In this document: one piece after another, positions 58,834 to 64,000 of the stretch
How positions within the stretch are numbered: the first letter of the stretch is position 1
Layout: each line of letters begins with the position of its first letter
Notes under the pieces: model-generated
What the model was told of the DNA's origin: nothing
The model's database searches: none
Seen by the model: only the letters and a program-made list of their open reading frames with translations
Translations under genes and position numbers: made by a program
Assembly: GCA_905478465.1 (NCBI GenBank)
Contig: CAJQIN010000002.1
Span: 24,312-88,311, forward strand
DNA: 64,000 nucleotides
Source of the DNA: Minisyncoccota bacterium
GTDB taxonomy: Bacteria; Patescibacteriota; Minisyncoccia; Phycocordibacterales; CAJQIN01
Direction: 5' to 3'

Positions 58834-59661
58834 ATGAAATGTTTTGGAATAATTATTGTTACCATCTTGTTGATGGTACTCACAGGTTGTCAAACGATGA
58901 CTACTCGTGAGATCTCGAGTAATGAACCACTTCAACAGTGGTCTCCGCCAACTCCGAAACCCACCACTCGACATGTAGAGCCGGTACAAGTTCAACAACA
59001 AGAACTTTACCAACAGCCGGTTGAAAATACGCCTGTCACACAGGAATACGAAGCTCCTGTGCAAAATGTGGTAGCCATGCCTCAAAATATTCAATCGGAA
59101 GAGAGAACCTTTTTTTCTTTCGACTGTGCCTTAGGAACTATTAAATACATTCTCTACACACAGACTGACGAAAGAGGAGTATTTAAGGTCATAACCATAT
59201 GCCTTACCTACAGCGGAAAAAGTTCTGCTCAAAACGTATCGCCTCGAACATCGAGGCAGCTTCAGGCATTTTTTGCATCGAATCCAGACCTGGTACAGGA
59301 ATTTGAAGATGGTCCAGCCCTTCCACTATACCAAGCATTTGTCAAAGACTATCAATTTGACAGGGCACATAAGGAAATGTGGAACAAGTTATCAAACTTG
59401 TACCTACAGTTTGGAGAAGGTGTCAGCATGACTCATTTAGTGTATTTACACCCTAATGTCATGCAAATGCTTCAGATGACAGGATTCACATCACACGAGA
59501 TGCTGCAATTAATGCGCAACTCGACCGATACTTCCTTCAGTTACAACTGGAGGAAAGATGTAGACACAAAGCGTAAAAAAATATATTTCACAAAAAACAA
59601 AAGAGTAAATGATGCCATTAAGTATGCAATGGATCAGATGCTCGCGGAGGAAAGATCATGA
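58834..59661 (+). CDS. Putative lipoprotein
   Basis: Lipobox LTGC, Pro/Gln-rich linker; promoter and AAGGAG. Confidence 0.7.
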   Translation: MKCFGIIIVTILLMVLTGCQTMTTREISSNEPLQQWSPPTPKPTTRHVEPVQVQQQELYQQPVENTPVTQEYEAPVQNVVAMPQNIQSEERTFFSFDCALGTIKYILYTQTDERGVFKVITICLTYSGKSSAQNVSPRTSRQLQAFFASNPDLVQEFEDGPALPLYQAFVKDYQFDRAHKEMWNKLSNLYLQFGEGVSMTHLVYLHPNVMQMLQMTGFTSHEMLQLMRNSTDTSFSYNWRKDVDTKRKKIYFTKNKRVNDAIKYAMDQMLAEERS

Positions 59662-60164
59662 AAGTACTGTTAATTGTAATTCTTTTACTTTTGTCACTAG
59701 GATGTCGACGGGCAGAGGTAATAACTGTCCTGACACAAAATATCAACGGAGAGATCAGAGAAGATAACATTCTTCTGGTGAAGGAACCCTTCACTCCGTC
59801 GATAACTCACGTGGAAAGTACAAAGTACTGTCCCACAGGCAATCTTCAAGGCTATGACCTGAACAAAAACTCTTTGAAACAGGGTGTCGCTAACGGAGAC
59901 CTGTGTCTCACAAAACAGGATGGCTGGAAATATGGAGCAGCAGGCTCAACCCCAATTGAGCAGATGGCTGCTTTTGTTGGAGCTAGTGGACGTCTTGCCC
60001 AAGGTTTAAACACCGAAGGGACCAAGATAAATAACTACAACGGGGGTGCAGGCGGATCAGCAAATGCCAGTGGCGGTACAGCTTCTTCTAGCCTAGGAGC
60101 AAGCTTCATAAACCAGAACGTTAACGCTAACTGCGGCGATGCCACAGGAAGTATCTCACGTTAA
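59658..60164 (+). CDS. Putative lipoprotein with Gly/Ser/Asn-rich tail
   Basis: SLGC lipobox-like motif; ATGA overlap with upstream gene; terminator near 60197-60228. Confidence 0.65.
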   Translation: MKVLLIVILLLLSLGCRRAEVITVLTQNINGEIREDNILLVKEPFTPSITHVESTKYCPTGNLQGYDLNKNSLKQGVANGDLCLTKQDGWKYGAAGSTPIEQMAAFVGASGRLAQGLNTEGTKINNYNGGAGGSANASGGTASSSLGASFINQNVNANCGDATGSISR

Positions 60165-60351
60165 TTTCTCTCTTGTATTAGGACCAGGAGACATTCCAGC
60201 CCAGTATCTTTCGATACTGGGCTGTTTTTATACAACAAAATACCAATTTGACAATAAAAATAGTTACGATATACTACAGAAGTCAGTTTGATAGATTTTA
60301 CCGTAATTCGCCTTCCAGCGAATTTTTATTTTTTTAACAATACAAATTATT

Positions 60352-61641
60352 ATGATCGATCTAAAAGTAGTGAACTCAGTTCTTGGACAACTTGAAGAAG
60401 AACGAGGAATCCCAAAAGAGAAAATAATTGAAGCCATTGAAACAGCTTTAGCAACTGCATACAAAAAAGAATGGGGAAAACGAGGACAAATAGTCCGGGC
60501 AATTTTTGATACCGCTTCAGGAACAGCAGAATTTGTACAAGCCAAAACAGTTGTTGATGATACGAAAGTATACATGGATCCTGAAGATGCACCTGAATAT
60601 ACAGAAGAAACTCCCGAAGAAGAGCGAAAAGAGCTTTTCAACTCTGAACACCACATAATGATTACAGATGCACGAAGAATGAAAGCCGATGCAGAACTTG
60701 GAGATGAAGTAGTCTTCCCCCTTGAAGCAAAAGACGACTATGGACGTATCGCAGCACAAACAGCAAAGCAGGTTATTATCCAAAAAATTCGTGAAGCTGA
60801 GAAAGTATCTGTCTTCAAAGAATATGGAGAAAGAGAAGGAGAAATAATCAGTGGTACAGTGCAGAGAATCGAAAGAGGAAATCTATTCGTTGATCTTGGA
60901 CGAGCCACAGGTATTCTTCCTTTCAATGAACAAATCCCAGGAGAGCGATACCGACAAGGAGAACGTATCCGAGCCTTCCTTTATCGTGTAGAAGATACGC
61001 CACGAGGAGTATTTCTTCGTCTTTCACGTTCACATCCAAAATTTATGGAAAAACTATTCGAAGCAGAAGTACCAGAAATTGCATCTGGAGCAGTTATTGT
61101 CAAAGCAATTGCCAGAGAAGCAGGATCACGAAGTAAGATAGCGGTACAATCTGCAGACAATCACATAGATCCAGTCGGAGCACTTGTTGGACAAAGAGGA
61201 GTTCGCGTATCTACCGTTATGTCAGAACTTGGTGGAGAAAAAATAGACATCATCGAATGGGCAGAAGATATCGAACAATTTATCGAAGATGCTCTATCCC
61301 CTGCAAAAGTACTGAAGGTTGAACTAGACAAAGAAAGAGAACAAGCTCATATTGAAGTAACAGAAGACCAGCAATCACTTGCTATCGGAAAAGGAGGACA
61401 AAACGTACGACTTGCTGCGAAACTTACCGGGTGGAGAATAGATATCCAATCTATCGAAGGTTCTGAGGTAGCAGATGCTGACGGAGAACATGTTGAAATC
61501 AATACTGAAAACATATCTACCGAAGCAAAGGAAGAAGTTGCACCCACAGAAACAAAAGAGGAAACTGCCCCGGAAGAAAAAACTGAAGAAGTAACCCCTG
61601 AAGAAACTCCAAAAACAGATTCTACAGAAGAAAAAGCCTAG
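60352..61641 (+). CDS. nusA: Transcription factor NusA
   Basis: GRIAAQTAKQ, AREAGSRSKIAV, AIGKGGQNVRLA. Confidence 0.98.
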   Translation: MIDLKVVNSVLGQLEEERGIPKEKIIEAIETALATAYKKEWGKRGQIVRAIFDTASGTAEFVQAKTVVDDTKVYMDPEDAPEYTEETPEEERKELFNSEHHIMITDARRMKADAELGDEVVFPLEAKDDYGRIAAQTAKQVIIQKIREAEKVSVFKEYGEREGEIISGTVQRIERGNLFVDLGRATGILPFNEQIPGERYRQGERIRAFLYRVEDTPRGVFLRLSRSHPKFMEKLFEAEVPEIASGAVIVKAIAREAGSRSKIAVQSADNHIDPVGALVGQRGVRVSTVMSELGGEKIDIIEWAEDIEQFIEDALSPAKVLKVELDKEREQAHIEVTEDQQSLAIGKGGQNVRLAAKLTGWRIDIQSIEGSEVADADGEHVEINTENISTEAKEEVAPTETKEETAPEEKTEEVTPEETPKTDSTEEKA

Positions 61642-61687
61642 GTGTTATAATACACACCAATAACTAATAGCTAATTACTAAAATACT

Positions 61688-62224
61688 ATGAATTTATGGC
61701 ACGACGTCTCTCTTGGAGACAATCCAACAAAAGAATTTAACACTATTATTGAAATTCCAAAGGGATCTAATAATAAGTACGAAATGGACAAAGAAACAGG
61801 TCTAATTATGCTAGACCGAGCAAACTATTCTGCAGCAGCTTATCCATTTGACTACGGTTTTGCTCCACAAACACTCTGGGAAGATGGTGATCCTCTTGAT
61901 GTTGTAGTTCTCACTACTTACCCTCTTTTTCCAGGAATTCTTGTGAAGGTAAGACCTATTGCCATCATGGAAATGATTGATGATGGAGAATCTGATTACA
62001 AAATCATTGCAGTCCCAGTAGAAGACAAGCATTTTGAAGATGTTCATGAACACGAACACCTAAACAAGCACCAAGTAAACGAAATCCAACACTTCTTTGA
62101 AACATACAAAGCCCTCAAAGGAAAAAACAATGTGGTGGTAATCAACGACACCAAAGGAAAACAAGAAGCTATTGCTGCCATTGAGAAATCAATACAACTA
62201 TACAAAGAAAAGTACGGAAAATAA
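61688..62224 (+). CDS. ppa: Inorganic pyrophosphatase
   Basis: EIPKGS, KYE, DGDPLD, DYKII. Confidence 0.97.
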   Translation: MNLWHDVSLGDNPTKEFNTIIEIPKGSNNKYEMDKETGLIMLDRANYSAAAYPFDYGFAPQTLWEDGDPLDVVVLTTYPLFPGILVKVRPIAIMEMIDDGESDYKIIAVPVEDKHFEDVHEHEHLNKHQVNEIQHFFETYKALKGKNNVVVINDTKGKQEAIAAIEKSIQLYKEKYGK

Positions 62225-62342
62225 ACATTCTCATTGCACACACAAACAAAACACTCTCCATGATGGAGAGTGTTTTGTTGTATACTAATAGAAGAATGCC
62301 AAAATGGCATAACATTTTATTTTATTAAATAATTTTAATTAC

Positions 62343-63017
62343 ATGAAAAAAATATCAATAATTAGTTCCATATTATTAATACTACCTTTCTTGGTAAGTG
62401 CCCAAACAAATGTCCGAGAAAACGCCCAAATGCGCATGGAGACACAAAAAGCTGAAGTGCAGGCACAAGTAGAAGTACGTAAAATGGAAATGGAACAAAA
62501 TCAAGAAGCAAGAGTTGTTCAAATGGAAGAAAAGAAAACTAACCTGCAAACAAGACGAACAGAACTACAAACAAAAATAGAAGAACGAAAACTAGAAATA
62601 CAAAACACACGAGAAGAGAGAAAGATGACGATGACGGCAAACAGAGAGGAACGAAAACTAGCACTAACAGAACAAGTTCGTACACGAATCAACGAAACAG
62701 CAGAGCGTATCACGGAACAATTTGATTCCATTCTTGCACGTTTTGACAATGCAGGAACAACCATCAGTGAACATATCACTCGTATAGAAGACCAAGGAGT
62801 CGACGTTTCTGAAGCAATAGACCTCTACACAACAGCTGAAGCTTTCCTTGAGGTTACACAAGATACCCTTATACAAGCACAAATAGATCTTGATGTAGCA
62901 CTCGGAGAAGATGAAGTTTCTCGAGAAGATATCCACGATATCATAGAAGATGTACGAAACAGTATCCAAGACACACGAAATGCCTATACTGCCGTTATTG
63001 ATTCTTTAAAAAACTAA
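62343..63017 (+). CDS. Secreted coiled-coil protein
   Basis: Signal peptide, long E/R/Q-rich helices. Confidence 0.75.
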   Translation: MKKISIISSILLILPFLVSAQTNVRENAQMRMETQKAEVQAQVEVRKMEMEQNQEARVVQMEEKKTNLQTRRTELQTKIEERKLEIQNTREERKMTMTANREERKLALTEQVRTRINETAERITEQFDSILARFDNAGTTISEHITRIEDQGVDVSEAIDLYTTAEAFLEVTQDTLIQAQIDLDVALGEDEVSREDIHDIIEDVRNSIQDTRNAYTAVIDSLKN

Positions 63018-63099
63018 CTACCAAACAATTAGAACACTCTTGACGCTACTACAAGAAAAAACATACAATACACTTACTTATTCTTTAAATTATCTAATT

Positions 63100-63378
63100 A
63101 TGGAAAATATGGACCAACAACAAGATACCGTGACACAAACAGAAACACCTGAAATGAAGGAATCAAATACAGGCCCAAGTATAGCAATAATCATAATCCT
63201 TATCATGATTATACTTGGAGGTATCTACTTCTGGATTGGACGGTCAGAAAACGTACAAGCTCCTACCCAAGAAGTAACAGAATTCACAGAGGTTGAAAAC
63301 ACACTCAATACTCCAGAATTTGATGCAATAGACGCAGAACTCAACAAAATTGATGCTGAGTTCGATGTGGTTATATAA
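63100..63378 (+). CDS. Small acidic single-TM protein
   Basis: GPSIAIIIILIMIILGGIYFW. Confidence 0.65.
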   Translation: MENMDQQQDTVTQTETPEMKESNTGPSIAIIIILIMIILGGIYFWIGRSENVQAPTQEVTEFTEVENTLNTPEFDAIDAELNKIDAEFDVVI

Positions 63379-63500
63379 ATAAACACATAAATAATCCAAA
63401 AAATATCCTAACAAATAAAATTTGTTAGGATATTTTTATATAAAAAACCACCCATACAATATTATTTGCATAGGTGGTCACTAATAACCCAATTTGTGAT

Positions 63501-64000
63501 TTACACGTAAATAAAGCTTTCTTTTCCACCCGTGTTTTTCTTAAATTCTTCAAATGCATTATTTGCAAGAGCAATACACATATCGGCAACCATGCCAGAA
63601 ATCATTTGATCAAAATGCTGCTGGTCACCCGAACAAGCGACAACAATACCACCACGATCAACTCCTCCCCAAAAAGGAGTGTCTCCCGTGAATAGAAGTT
63701 GCGGCTGAACACACGAACTTCCGTTATTACGCCCCTCCCAAAGTTGCCACGCTTTGCGCTGAGCAATTTCATCATAAGGATGTTCCCACTTTCCAGGTGA
63801 ACCAACTGAGTGCTCATGTAGAAGTTTAACGCTTGTGGTAAATTTATGTGGAAACGAACCATGTTCATCAATCAGTATTGAAGGCACAAGAATAACAATA
63901 TGAAGATGCATTCTGTCTTTCAAATAACCAAAAACTGGACCTCCTTGTTTAATAGTCATTTCAACCTGTGCACAAGCACGTTCCGCGACATCTTTTGTTA
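63501..64000 (-). CDS. Hypothetical protein (5' end probably outside the window)
   Basis: Frame stays open from ATG 63959 to the window edge; IAQRKA...GGV...VVACSG resembles GlcG/HbpS-like folds. Confidence 0.6.
   Translation of the reverse strand, partial: TKDVAERACAQVEMTIKQGGPVFGYLKDRMHLHIVILVPSILIDEHGSFPHKFTTSVKLLHEHSVGSPGKWEHPYDEIAQRKAWQLWEGRNNGSSCVQPQLLFTGDTPFWGGVDRGGIVVACSGDQQHFDQMISGMVADMCIALANNAFEEFKKNTGGKESFIYV

Noticed and set aside
31384-60287. Shared 12-mer ACAGAAGTCAGT after two promoters (31384 and 60276)
   Set aside because: Only two copies before unrelated genes; compatible with chance
1-64000. CRISPR arrays, rRNA genes, IS transposases, phage structural genes
   Set aside because: None recognised on either strand by manual reading

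Overview
Chromosomal segment of a small-genome, low-GC bacterium whose gene content fits Patescibacteria/CPR (Parcubacteria-like): no rpmD between rpsE and rplO, core genes mostly without Shine-Dalgarno sites, type IV pilus and comEC genes. Left to right: partial ftsH, smpB, tmRNA, about 10.7 kb of accessory DNA, a redox/ATP-grasp cluster, infC-rpmI-rplT, a short 6S-like RNA, ndk/map/adk/secY, the spc, S10 and str ribosomal clusters (with two interruptions), comEC/sod/rnhA/recJ, pgk/tpiA, pilus genes, nusA and ppa. The accessory DNA resolves into two tandem mini-islands (2757-8527 and 8523-13430) at the tmRNA 3' end, sharing a TCCAC core, with the displaced TCCACCA and a terminator at 13426-13480. 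Each island's large serine recombinase reads in frame through its att core, so integration would swap a conserved C-terminal helix for a tmRNA-antisense tail. Both islands also carry a small ORF overlapping the recombinase start and a covarying structured leader RNA. Island 1 has a tRNA-Leu-like RNA with its anticodon loop replaced by a long hairpin, divergent from an HTH-ImmA/IrrE plus PIN pair. All calls come from reading the sequence and motifs by eye; no searches or folding programs were run.
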